From Octopus vulgaris (lineage: Eukaryota), in NCBI GenBank assembly GCA_951406725.2, contig OX597814.1, positions 192,696,001-192,760,000 of the forward strand: a stretch of 64,000 bases of DNA, read 5' to 3'. Positions 13,461 to 25,691 of the stretch are shown here, in pieces. Position 1 is the stretch's first letter. The number at the start of each line of letters is the position of its first letter. The notes beneath the pieces are model-generated. The model made no database searches. It was given only the letters and a program-made list of their open reading frames with translations, and was not told the DNA's origin. A program made the translations under genes and the position numbers.

Positions 13461-14064
13461 ATGTGTGTGACTGTTGTCACCCCCACACAGCTTGATAACA
13501 GTGTTGATTTGTTTATGTCTCAGTAACTTAGTTCAGCAAAAAAAAAACGGTAAAATAAGTACCAGTCTTAAAAGCAAAAAAATATCAAGTACTGAGATTA
13601 ATTTGTTCAACTAGAACTCTTTACCACAGTACCCCACCATGGCTGCAGTCCAATGATTGAAACAAGTAAAAGATAAAAAATGTATTAAAGCTACATGAGG
13701 AAGGTAGATAACGTTTAAATCCATTTATAGTGTCTGGAAGATGGGGAAACAACTTACAATAATCCAATTATTGAAGCTGTAGTATGATGTGAGAATGTAT
13801 GGTTAAAACAATATGATGTGAGCATGTATGGTTAAAAGGGTATCAGAACAAAAACCCAAGGGACACTAATAAATATTAAAAATTTTTTTAATAAAATTTC
13901 ACTTTCCTAAAATATTTTTTATTCTAAAGAAAGAACAACACCCAGGGGATATTGACTGGTGGGGATTTTGTCCGAGTACCAGTCAAAGCATGATACTGTA
14001 GAAACTATAAATGGTTTCTTGTTAGCTTGTAGGAAACTAAGATTTAGCTAAACAACCTCATTAA

Positions 14065-14286
14065 CCCTTTCGTTACTGTATTTATTTTGAGATGCTCTGT
14101 GTTTCTTTCAATTACTTTAAATATAACAAAGAATTTAGTAAAATTACTTAGTTATCATTCAGCTAGTGTCAGGAACATAAATTGTGACTAAGGTTTGGTG
14201 GAAGATTTTTAATTCAAAACTTACGAAAAAAAAGACACTTGTACTCAGAGTTAGGGCCGATTTCAGCCGGGTTGATAACAAAAGGG
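14065..14286. mobile_element. piggyBac-type MITE family 1
   Basis: TTAA-ccctttcgttac...aaaggg-TTAA. Confidence 0.8.
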
Positions 14287-15888
14287 TTAAAATTAATTAC
14301 TTCTGTTAGATTGTTAGTTGTTTTAACCATCACAGAGAAGGCTATACTGGAGTATGGGTTTCAAAAGTAAGATATTGTGGTAATGGGAAAAAGAATACTG
14401 GAGGTTTCACTACTCTTACTGTATTAGTATTACCGCCTGACTGGCCCTCGTGCCGGTGGCACATAAAAGCACTCACTACACTCTCTGAGTGGTTGGCGTG
14501 AGGAAGGGCATCCAGCTATAGAAACTCTGCCAGATCAGATTGGAGCCTGGTGCAGCCATCTGGTTCGCCAGTCCTCAGTCAAATCATCCAACCCATGCTA
14601 GCATGGAAAGCGGAAGTTAAACAATGATGATGATGGTGATTAAGGAGGTGAGCTGGCAGAATCGTTAGCACACCAAGCCAAATGCTTAGCATCATTTTGT
14701 CCCATCTTAACATTCTGCCAAAGTCAACTTTGCCTTTCATCTTTTCAAGGTCAATAAAATAAACACAGAGAGTGTAGTGGGTGCTTTTACGTGCCACCGG
14801 CACGAGGGCCAGTCAGGCTTTACTGACAACAGCCACACTCAAATGGTATTTTTTACGTGCCACCTGCACAAGAGTCAGTCCAGCGGCACTGCCAACGACC
14901 TCGCTTGAATGTTTTTTCATGAGCCATCGGCACAAGTACCACTGAAGCAGCACTGGTAACAATCATACTTAAATAGTGCTTTTGCCTATAGTAAAAAGGC
15001 TTATTATTATTATTATTACTACTACTACTACTAAGGCAGCAAGCTAGCAGAGTCGTTAGCATGCCAGGCAAAATGCTTAGCGGCATTTTGTCCATCTTTA
15101 CGTTCTGAGTTCAAATTCTGCCGAAGTTGATTTTGTCTTTCATCCTTTCGGGGTCGATAAATTAAGTACCAGTTGAATAGTGGAGTCAATGTAATCGACC
15201 TAACCCTTTCTCCTAAATTTCAGACCTTGTGCCTAGAGTAGAAAGGATTGATTATTATTATTAAAATGACAAACTGGTAGAAGTGTTAGTACACCAGACA
15301 AAATGCTTAGCAGCATTTCCTCGAGTTCAAATTCCACCTAGGTTGACTGCCTTTCATCCTTTCAAGGACAATAAAATAAGTACCAGTCAACTACTGTGGA
15401 GGTCGACATAATGGACTAGCCCTTCCCCACAAAATTTCAGGCCTTATGTCTACAGCAGAAAGGATTATTATTATTATTATTAAGATGGTGAGCTGGCAGA
15501 ATCATTAGCACGCTAGGCAAAATGCTTTGTGGCATTTCATCCGTCCTTCCAGCCCCAGTTCAAATTCTGCTCATGTTGATTTTGCCTTTCATCCTTTTGG
15601 GGGCCGATAAAATAAGTACCAGTTGAGTACTGGGGTCGATTACATCGACTATCCCTTCCCCCAAAATCTTAGGCCTTGTACCTATAGAAGAAAGAATCAT
15701 TATTTTAAGGGTATTTTATCCAATGCCCTAACAATCCTGCTGACCCACTGTTACTTGTAGGAAGACTACATAGAATAACAGGTTATGTTGGTCCCAGCAA
15801 ATTACCTAGTCACACACTAAGAATACTTTTGTAAAATCGCTGTCTAAATGCATCAAGCCAAGTAAAATCACTGTCTTCCACATATATA

Positions 15889-16245
15889 GGCGCAGGAGTG
15901 GCTGTGTGGTACGTAGCTTGCTTACCAACCACATGGTCATGGGTTCAGTCCCACTGCGTGGCACTTTGGGCAAGTGTCTTCTACTATAGCCTTGTGAGTG
16001 AATTTGATAGATGGAAACTGGAAGAAGCCCGTCGTATATGTATATGTGTGTGTCCCCCCAACATCGCTTGACAACTGATGCTGGTGTGTTTATGTCCCCG
16101 TCACTTAGCAGTTTGGCAAAAGAGCCCGATAGAATAAGTATTAGGCTTACAAAGAATAAGCTCTGGCGGTTGATTTGCTCGACTAAAGGCGGTGCTCCAG
16201 CATGGCCGCAGTCAAATGACTGAAACAAGTAAAAGGAAATAAAAG
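15889..16245 (+). mobile_element. SINE family A
   Basis: Starts ggcgcaggagtggctgtgtgg; ends gactgaaacaagtaaaag. Confidence 0.85.
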
Positions 16246-16456
16246 AAAGGCTTGTCCTTTCAGGTGCTTGTGCTGTATAAATGTACTCATGCCAGTGCTG
16301 CGTAGGCAAACCGGTGCCTGTGGCACATAGAAGGAACCCAGCACAATCTACGTGGTTGGCATTAGGAAGGGCATCCAGCTGTAGAAACCATGCCATGCCA
16401 CATGCAAGCATGGAAAGCAGACATTAACCAATGATCATGATGGGACTTATTAATAA

Positions 16457-16825
16457 CTAGCACTATGACCCGGCAACGCAGGGTCATAGTGCTAGTGCAT
16501 GCATATACAGCTGCACGTGTGCACACATACACACGAGTACTGTCCAAATCTCTGACCAATCACATACAGCTAGCTGGCATTCAATTGACGTAACTAGTTT
16601 CAGGCATTTTGATTGGGTTTTGGATAGAAAATTCACAAAAAAGTCACTTCTATTGATTTTTTAATGGCTTTGCGGGGTGACTGGGGAAATGTAAAGATGT
16701 GCACAACCACCCTTGGATGGTTTTGAATGACCATAGAAAGTGCGAGCCCTCTAACTGAAAAATTGTGTATTTTATAAAGGACGGGCACACAGACAGACAT
16801 TTTGCCGTTTGTATATATATAGAGA
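16457..16825 (-). mobile_element. Non-autonomous Helitron
   Basis: Minus strand starts TC-tctatatatatacaaacggc and ends with a GC hairpin and CTAG. Confidence 0.65.
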
Positions 16826-17074
16826 TAAAATTAGGTGTAGATTTAAGAGTGTCTATTAATGTACTGGTATAAAATAAATATATAAGATGCTGAAATGGCT
16901 TCATGTAACTTAATTCAGCATAATTTTAGATTACATATTTAATTACTCACACATTAACAGTATCCCTAAAATTTATTCAAGAAACAGAACGCAAGCAATA
17001 ATGAAAAGTAGTTAAATTGCTAATCTCCATTTTAATCCCTAACTGAATAACACAGTTCAAACTACCCTGAACTA

Positions 17075-17290
17075 TGAGGGGCTGCTGAAAAGCACCTGGC
17101 TTTGGGTAAAAGAAAATACAGGAGGATCAGTTAATTATGAGTTTATTCAACAGATTCCCCTCTCAGATTCACACATTTATTGCAATAGTCCTTCAGTTTT
17201 TCTAAGTTTCGTAAAAGAACTTAAACAGTTGGGCCCCAAACCAGGCCTTTCACAATACCCTTAAAGTCAGGAACTTTTCAACACCCCTCA
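17075..17290. mobile_element. Mariner-type MITE
   Basis: TA-tgaggggctgctgaaaagcacctggct ... agtcaggaacttttcaacacccctca; TIR resembles that of the 56675 mariner. Confidence 0.6.
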
Positions 17291-17577
17291 CTTCAATTTC
17301 ATATATACTTGTAAGCTGAAAGAAGCTTTCCCACAAACTGCACACTTTCACCAGAATTACCATTCAACCTTCAATGTTTCCAAATAAATAGAATGCAAAC
17401 AGATCCATATTATCAACCATAGGAAGAGACAATGAAGAGCAAACCACATTACAATGTTAAATCTGCTAAATCCAATGTCAGTGTCCCCTCAAGAATTCCA
17501 GCAACCTGAGACAAAAGGTTCTATTTGAACAAAATTACACAAGGCAAAATTTAGGGCTGGTGTATAAAAATACTTAC

Positions 17578-17624
17578 TGAAACAATATTTCTGGCACGTA
17601 AATAACGATAGATTTGGGTTGGTT
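17578..17624 (-). CDS. SUZ12: SUZ12 coding exon 2 (47 nt; [16 protein letters not shown])
   Basis: Minus strand reads ttttgcag|AA CCA ACC CAA ATC TAT CGT TAT TTA CGT GCC AGA AAT ATT GTT TCA|gtaagt. It completes the split Lys codon of exon 1 in frame and gives [13 protein letters not shown], matching SUZ12. Confidence 0.95.
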
Positions 17625-19369
17625 CTGCAAAAATAAAAGCAAAGTTTTACGATAAGAAAATAAAAATGCTAAACAAGATATAATAGCAACAAATTAAAAT
17701 ACAGTCATAGCAACAGAATGCAATTTGTACATTATCAGTTTAGTCCAAAACGACCTCCTTAAAAATTTTCCTCAATCCATCTTGGCAGATACTAGCATCA
17801 CCTGACTGGCGTCCGTGTCGGTGACACATAAAAGCGCCAACCGATTGTGGCCGTTTGCCAGCCTGCTCTGGCTCCTGTGCCGGTGGCACGTAAAAAACAC
17901 CCACTACACTCATGGAATGGTTGGCATGACAAAGGGCATCCAGCTGTAGAAACACTACCAAATCAGACTGGAGCCTGGTGCAGCCTCCATGGCTTACCAG
18001 ACCCCGGTTGAACCATCCAACCCATGCTAGCATGGAAAACAGACGTTAAATGATGATCTTGTAGAGGCAGTTGTGCCATTTATTTTCACTATATTCCCAT
18101 AAATATATCCTTCCTCTCTTGCAAACAATATCTTTCATGTCTTTTAATGCAGTAAATTCATCTCAGCAAATCAAAAAGAACTATTGGGTTGGTGCATAAT
18201 TAACAACTGTTTTTTTTTATTCTAAAATTGTTGCAAATTAAATTATAAAACGGTCGTTAATTATGCACCAACTCAATATATCCATTTATTCCTAACTACT
18301 GCAGGTCTTATTTGTTACAAACCAATTGTCACTGAAGGAAATACCCGTGGCCTTGGTGATTAGGGTTTCTACTCATGATCGCAAGATTGTAGTTTCAATT
18401 CCTAAACCAGATGGTGCACTATGTTCTTGAGTAAAACACTTCATTTCACAATGCCCCAGTCCACTCAACTGTAAATAAGTAACCCTACCATGGACTGGTA
18501 TCCTGTCCAGGGGAATGTTATGATCTTTAGTCACTGATACACCATGGAAACTAGCAACTGGGCCTAAGAATTCTAGGACTGAAGACAATAATGGCCAGGG
18601 GTCAAAGTTGATGACCTGTCAATGGTAGAATTGATAGAGTAGCAAATAAAATTACATGAGGTTCCATGGTTACAACTTGCTGAGTTCCACTTTGTCCTTC
18701 AACCTTTCAGGATCAATAAAATAACTACCAATCATATGCATCATCATCATCGTTTAACGTCCGCTTTCCATGCTGGCATGGGTTGGACAGTTTGACTGAG
18801 GTCTGGAAAGCCAGCAGCTACACCATGCTCCGATCTTGATCTGGCGATGTTTCTACAGCTGGATGCCCTTCCTAACGCCAACAACTCCAAGAGTGTAGTG
18901 GGTGCTTTTTACACATCACCAGCACAGGAGCCAGTCAGGTGGGCCTGGCATTGAACACGTTCAGATAGTGCTTTTTACATGCCACTGGCATCAGCCACAT
19001 TCAGATGGTGCTTTTTACAAGTCACCAACACTTGCTTCGATTTAATTGATTACACACATCACCCACCTACATATGCAGCCTTGTGTCTTCGTTAAGAATC
19101 TATATTTACACAGAAATTCCAACATACCACTTTTCAGAAGCAACAGTACAGCATGATCCAGTATTATAATTCGCTTTAATCTAGTTCTTAAATGTACTAG
19201 ATAAGCAACATATAACAATTAATAATAGGTAACGCACAGCCTATTATTTTAATGAAGTTGAAAAGTTCATGGTTGGCAAAAATTATTGTTTGCTATTTTA
19301 GTCTGCATTATTTTAGTTTTGGACAAGGTTCTGCAGTCGAACCTTGATACACTGACCTTTGTTTACATT

Positions 19370-19890
19370 AACCCTGTAACATTCAAACAAGCCATATCAT
19401 CATCGTTTAACGTCCGTTTTCCATGCTAGCATGGGTTGGATGATTCGACCAGTGTCTGGGAAGCCAGGAGGCTGCACCAGGCTCCAGTCTGATCTGGCAG
19501 TGTTTCCACAGCAGGATGCCCTTCCTAACGCCAACCACTCCATGAGTATAGTGGGTGCTTTTTACATGCGAGGGGAGGCTGGCAACGGCCACGATCGGTT
19601 GGTGCTTTTTACGTGCCACCAGCACAGAAGCCAGTCAAGGCAGCGCTGGCATCGACCACGTTCGGATGGTGCTTTTTACATGCCACTGACACAGGTATCA
19701 CAAATATTCTATGTGCTCTATGTATGAACTGGCTAGATCTATCCTCTCACACCTGCCCTACAATGTCATTCTAAAAGTAAACAATCATCCTGCTAAAATC
19801 TCAAAGCTACAAGCTAAAGCATGATTAATTCAAAATAATGTGAATTAATAAGAATTACATTTGACAGAAAATCTGAATGCTAAAGGGTTA
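19370..19890. mobile_element. piggyBac-type MITE family 2, interrupted by a family C copy (relatives at about 2416-3222, 6655-7278, 10830-11032)
   Basis: ttaaccctgtaacattc...atgctaaagggttaa; shared internal text (gcatgattaattcaaaataatgtgaa). Confidence 0.6.
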
Positions 19891-20119
19891 AACATCAACC
19901 AAAGAGACTATATTGATTATCCAATAATTTGGCTCTGATAATTTAGTCTATTAATGGATTCACAAAGCATTCGATTCCACTGTTTATCTAAACTGATTCC
20001 TTTCATCATCTTCAGTAACTATTAATTTCAACTCTCAAATTCATCTCTACTTAACAGTTACAAATTGAGCGTGAATGCTTAGAGCAGTGATTCTCAAGCA
20101 AGAAGCATCAGTACCTTAA

Positions 20120-20327
20120 CCCTTTCCTTACCAACCCAGCTGAAACCGGCTCTGGTTCTGAATACAAATGTCTTGTTTTCATAAGTTTTCAATTAAAATC
20201 TTGTTCCAATTTATGTTCCTAACATTAGCTTAATGATAACCGAGTGATTTTACGAAAATTCTTTCTTATATTTAAAATAATTGAAAGAAACACAGAGCAT
20301 CTCAAAATAAATACAGTAATGAAAGGG
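20120..20327. mobile_element. piggyBac-type MITE family 1 (inverted)
   Basis: TTAA-ccctttcctta...gaaaggg-TTAA. Confidence 0.75.
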
Positions 20328-20392
20328 TTAAGCAAAGTGTCTTCTATAGTTGTAAGCTAACCAAAACCTTACAAGTGGAACTGGTACACAGC

Positions 20393-20568
20393 GTGGAAGG
20401 TGTTTATAAGTCATTTAAGAAACACACAAAATCTGTTAGATTCACTTTTGTCAGTGAACAGGTCGTGGTCTCAAAGCAACGAAAATATTTTGACAAATTA
20501 AATTTAAATGTTGAAGTGAATCTAACGGATTTTGTGTGTTTCTTAAATGGCTTATTAACACCTACACT
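20393..20568. repeat. Inverted repeat with about 55-bp arms
   Basis: ggtgtttataagtcatttaagaaacacacaaaatctgttagattcactt / aagtgaatctaacggattttgtgtgtttcttaaatggcttattaacacc; single-arm relative at about 41510-41625. Confidence 0.8.
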
Positions 20569-20617
20569 GCAAAACTATAAAAGCAATCCCAAATTAGCAC
20601 TTTACACACAAATATGC

Positions 20618-21010
20618 AGTGGCTGTGTGGTAAGTAGCTTGTTTACCAACCACATGGTTCCTGGTTCAGTCCCACTGCGTGGCACCTTGGGCAAGTGTCT
20701 TCTACTATAGCCTCGGGCCGACCAAAGCCTTGTGAGTGGATTTGGTAGACGGAAACTGAAAAGAAGCCTGTCGTATATATGTATATATATATATATATGC
20801 GTGTGTGTGTTTGTTTGTCCCCCTAGCATTGTTTGACAACCGATGCTGGTGTGTTTATGTTTCCGTTACTTAGCGGTTCGGCAAAAAGAGACCGATAGAA
20901 TAAGTACTGGGCTTACAAAAGAATAAGTCCTGGGGTCGAGTTGCTCGATTAAAGGCAGTGCTCCAGCATGGCCGCAGTCAAATGACTGAAACAAGTAAAA
21001 GAGTAAAGAG
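20618..21010 (+). mobile_element. SINE family A (tRNA head, CORE-like block, internal microsatellite, gtaaaaga tail); representative copy
   Basis: A box tggctgtgtggtaag, B box ggttcagtccc, CORE-like caccttgggcaagtg. Other copies at about 555-953(-), 3740-4115(-), 4680-5240(+), 5945-6555(+), 7520-7866(-), 7975-8257(+), 8597-8945(+), 9970-10130(-), 15889-16245(+), 52825-52988(-), 57194-57455(+), 57668-57852(-). Confidence 0.85.
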
Positions 21011-21417
21011 TATTACGAAAATACTTCACAGAGTGATGACCATGTCCTGCATAGTTATATGTTGCCATTTAGCAATGCAAATAGCACCCATTCAGCCACC
21101 CTGCTTGGAATATGATGAAGTTACAGGACTGCAGCATGGCAGATTGTGAAGAGGTCGTGGAAGATCTCATCTGAGCTAATGGTGCTTCTTACATTGATGG
21201 TCAGCATCACCAAGCTCTGTCAAAAATGTAACTGTAATGTATTCATAGGGGTTGCATCCACGGTTGTGTAATCAGCTAATTAAGGATTCACTATGACTCA
21301 AGCTCCCAATTTAGATTCATAATAATGGAATTGGATGGCGACAGAGAGTCATGGGAATTTGTGACAGTAGTGGAAAAAAGACTTTACTTCGGACTTAATC
21401 CATTTAGAACTATTCAA

Positions 21418-21980
21418 TTATTAAGGTTTGAAAAATATGCTCATGTCAATACAATACTCAGGTGGGATTTGATAACTAACAGGCTGGACATAAAGACTGA
21501 TACCACAGTTGGTTGAGTATATGAGACAGCTATGCCTGAAAAACAAGATTCATATCTAAGCTTGCCTCTCCACAAAGCTTCACCACTGCTGACAGTTGCA
21601 AAAACATGCGGTAAAAAGCAATCAACATTTTAAAATTTTCTTTCCAGATTCTGAAAACTCAGAATTTTTCAAAAGCTAATAAATTAATTTGCCAATATCT
21701 GGTAGAATATAAGGCTAGCAGAATGCATGATGGCATTTTGTTTGGCTTTACATTCTGAGTTCAAATGCTGCTGAGACTGACTTTGCCCTTCATCCTTTAT
21801 TAAGGTTTGAAAAATATGCTCACGTCAATACAATACTCAGGTGGGATTTGATAACTGACAGTCTGGACCATAAAGACTGGTACCACAGTTGGTTGAGTAT
21901 ATGAGACAGCTATGCCTGAAAAACAGGAGAATACTGAAAAACAAGCTTCATATCAAAGCTTGCCTCTCCACAAGGCTTCA
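21418..21980. repeat. About 165-bp direct duplication (21418-21582 and 21797-21980)
   Basis: tattaaggtttgaaaaatatgctca...gcttgcctctccacaa(a/g)gcttca is present twice. Confidence 0.85.
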
Positions 21981-24900
21981 TTAAATAAGGAGCTACAATG
22001 TGAACAGAAAAGTCACTTAGAATTTGAAAACCAAAATGTTTGGTTTTCTCACCAAACTATGTTTATTTGAAAGCCCAAGTCTTGGGAAAGAAACTTGTCT
22101 CACTTCAAACACCATAGTAACTGTAATCCATCAGAAAATATCTCACAATCACAGAACACTTTACAATCTTCATAAAGACTTGACTGATAAATTCATCTGA
22201 ACCCCTTTTTTATTTTATTTCCTCAGCTATTTCTCCAGGAAAATAGTGACTGCTTGGCAAAATTGGAGTCTGATTAGATCAACAAACTAACAAATACATA
22301 ATTGATGATGTCCCAAATTTATTAAGAGTGGTGACCTTCAAGAAAAACTGGATTTCTATTTTCATTTTCACATGTAGTTATTTGCGTGAGCATTTCATTG
22401 TTAGCCCTTTTATTTTCTTCTGAGGACACTTGAAGTGATTTTGGTCTTCCCTAGCAAAATTTAGGCATTAAATCAGAAACTTTGATCCCGATATTAGCTA
22501 GAATGCTACGAAAGCAGTTTTATGACTGGTAGTAATCCAGAAGATAGTTCAAGCAAAACTAAGAGAGATACCAACATTACACCCCAATAAGTTTCAACAT
22601 AATAATTTTTAGATCTATCTCATCCATGCTAACATTAAAAACAAATCTTTTTTCGAACTCTTGGAACAAAGAAAAAAAAAAGAGTTTTGTTTGTGTGTGT
22701 CTGCTGTCATGTCCATCTGCAACTCTCCCCACAAACTTACCCAACCAAACTACTTTTAGCACCAATCCGATCGTGGCCGTTGCCAGCCTCGCTTGGCACC
22801 TGTGCCAGTGGCACGTAAAAAGCACCCACTACACTCACGGAGTGGTTGGTGTTAGGAAGAGCATCCAGCTGTAGAAACACTACCAGATCAGACTGGAGCC
22901 TGGTGCAGCCTCCTGGCTTCCCAGACCCCAGTCGAACCATCCAACCCATGCTAGCATGGAAAGCAGACGTTAAACGATGATGATGATTGCCTTATTAAGA
23001 CAAGAAATAAACCTTCTAGACAGGCTATCACACAACTCCATAGAAGCCTTCCAGAAGTTTTGATACATATTCCTTATAGTGAAATTAACTGAAGACTATT
23101 GTACTTAGAAATAAGAAAACACATTGATCTGGTGGTCCAATACCAGAGCCAATTTGTCACGTTACCTTCAAGAGGCCTTTGGAGCACCTCAAATCTTGTC
23201 TTGAAAAAATAAAATTAAAATTTTTTAACAATACATTTTATCATAGGCTGAAGTGTTGGGTCTAAATATAAGTACTTAGAAAAACAGCTGGTTATTTAAA
23301 GATAAATGTTTATTTTATTCTATCACTTGACACAGAAAAATAATATAATCATTATTCACGCAATTGTGAACCTTTAATTTCTAAATGGGTCTTCGATAAT
23401 TCCCCAATGAATCATAACTTTATTACACTTTCATGCAAGACTCTTTAGCTTTCACTTATTTTATGCTCCTCCTGGAGTTTTTTTGATGTTGTTCCTTTTT
23501 TCACTATGAAGATAGTAGTTGCTAAACCACAGCGAGTTCCATTCTTTATTTAACAGTTTTCTCATCTTTATTTTTATCAACCATTTGTCAATAGTATATA
23601 CATGCAATCTACTTTACTAGTCCACTTGAACAATACGCACATTTGAGTAATAAATCTATCGAAAGATCAATATTATCCTATGTGTTTAAGAAAAAAAAAA
23701 GTATCAATATTCTTTCAGATATACAAAATCCATACGATATTTATTACCGTGTGTATTTATTTTATTAACTAGCACGAAATCTATTTCCTTTAACCAGGCT
23801 TATTTATTCACGATGAGATGGGCTTTTTTTTAAAGCTAGATTTTTTTGATCCCATCTTACATATCAGTATAAACTATGGTTTTTAGCACAGTCAAGAGCT
23901 ACAAATTTTTGTTTCAAATACATATCTAGGGATTTTTATTATTGCGTTCTTAGAAAGAAATCCAAAAAAAAAAAATGAAAAGAAATTTAATAAAAACTTG
24001 ATTGATATTAAGTTAAATAGGTGATCCTTTAGTGAACAATATTGCAGTGCTTTAAGCCCTTGTCTCTCTCCTGCATAAAATTGCTTTCTCGTTAAATCTC
24101 TGACAGTTTTTGTTATAACAAGCAAACTTTTCTTACTCAGCTGGGTGTATATATACTGAACTGTAAGAAGAAACGGTGTTTAGAATGATTAAGCTTTATG
24201 ATTTAGCTGTACATGTAAGAGAGTCGATGACTTTAAAAAGATTAACACGAAGACAATCAAATAGGTATTGGATTTATCTTCAGCCGGTGTTTTACATTCA
24301 CGTTCCAACTTGTCTTTTATTTCAACAGGATTCTTAAATATTGTTTATTCTAAAACTTTTATAAGATTGAGAGACAATAACCGCTTTCCGTCGAAGCCTT
24401 AATTTTAGGGATCGAGTTAAAGAACTGCTTAGAAAATGCAAAGCGATGAGATAATTACAAAGAAAGACCAGTTTTATCAATGAATTATTTTCCCCATCGT
24501 CTTTCAACAAGTACATTTTCAACAATGCCCCAAAATAAGATAAATATTTCCTTTGCTTCATAAGTAATGAATTTTATATATATATATTCGAATATAATTT
24601 GACTACATGAAAGAAGGTGCTTCTTACCTATTCACACCTTCTACGTCAAAAAAATGAATTTCTTCAGCCAAGTGTTGGAAATAAAATGATTTTTAACACA
24701 ACATATTTTGAACGAGTATAAACCATGATATTCACACACATCTAAGTGTTGAAAATTTTTTCTACTTAATAACGGTAAAGTTTCAGTTTAGATATTTTGG
24801 GGATCATGAATGCACAATAAAGGACAAAGTTTCACATGTTTAAAACATTGGTGTACTCGTCATATTTCATTAAATCCAACAAGATTGGGGTTTTTTTTGT

Positions 24901-25453
24901 GTGTGTGTCTGACAGAAACATACATCCAATTAATTGATAGTTTTTTTTATTTTTTATTTCCTATCTTCTTCAATCAAACCACTCAAACTGGAGGAATTGC
25001 AGAAATATGGTATTTCTTTTTATCAAATGAATATATTTAAAGCATTTAATAGATCTAAGACAAAATTATGGGAACAGTTAACATCTGATCTTATAACTTA
25101 TAAAAAGCTATATGACTGGGTATACTGGATTATTTGAAAGGTGGGGAAAGGTTGAATGGTGAACACGTGTATCTTCAGAATAGTATCTTTTGTTTATATA
25201 CAATCTAACAGGATAATTATTAAAAAAATAAAATAATTAACACTTATAATTAATCAGTAATAAATGGGCACATGTTTTTAGAGATGTGCGAAGCAGTACT
25301 TTATATTTTTTTTAAAGTTTATTCTTTTTTAAAAAATCGTGTGTAGAGAAAATACTGGAAGTGAAAGGGGGACTAATTAAGGGAGCAAATAAAAAAAAAA
25401 AAGAAATTAATAAGTAGGAGACAGACAAATTAGCAATTATATTTTATACTTAC

Positions 25454-25691
25454 TTTCAAAAGCTTGCAAGAAAAGTTCGTGATCAGCCTTGATAGTTTCA
25501 TATTGAGAATCTTGTTGATTAGTGTTAGAATTGTGATTAGTTGTATTATGATGTGTGCTATTGTGAGATATAGCATGTCCACTTTGTACATGATGGTGGT
25601 GTGGATTGGAAGAGATGTGGTGCTGCTGGCTACCGATACCAGGTTTTTCGCCAACATTCGGCTTTTCTTTATCTCTCTTTCTAGGCTTCAT
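25454..25691 (-). CDS. SUZ12: Polycomb protein SUZ12, coding exon 1 (MKPRKRDKEK...[15 protein letters not shown] + first nt of K)
   Basis: [11 protein letters not shown] is the conserved N-terminal SUZ12 motif (human [25 protein letters not shown]). The exon ends TTT GAA A|gtaagt, a canonical phase-1 donor at 25453-25448. Confidence 0.95.

Noticed and set aside
13175-13495. ORFs rich in YIYI/HTHT/CVCV (many similar across the window)
   Set aside because: Translations of (TA)n/(CA)n microsatellites and SINE bodies.
16880-16930. Minus-strand LSYMK resembling SUZ12 exon 3
   Set aside because: No PIFLHR-like motif, an in-frame stop just upstream and no suitable acceptor.
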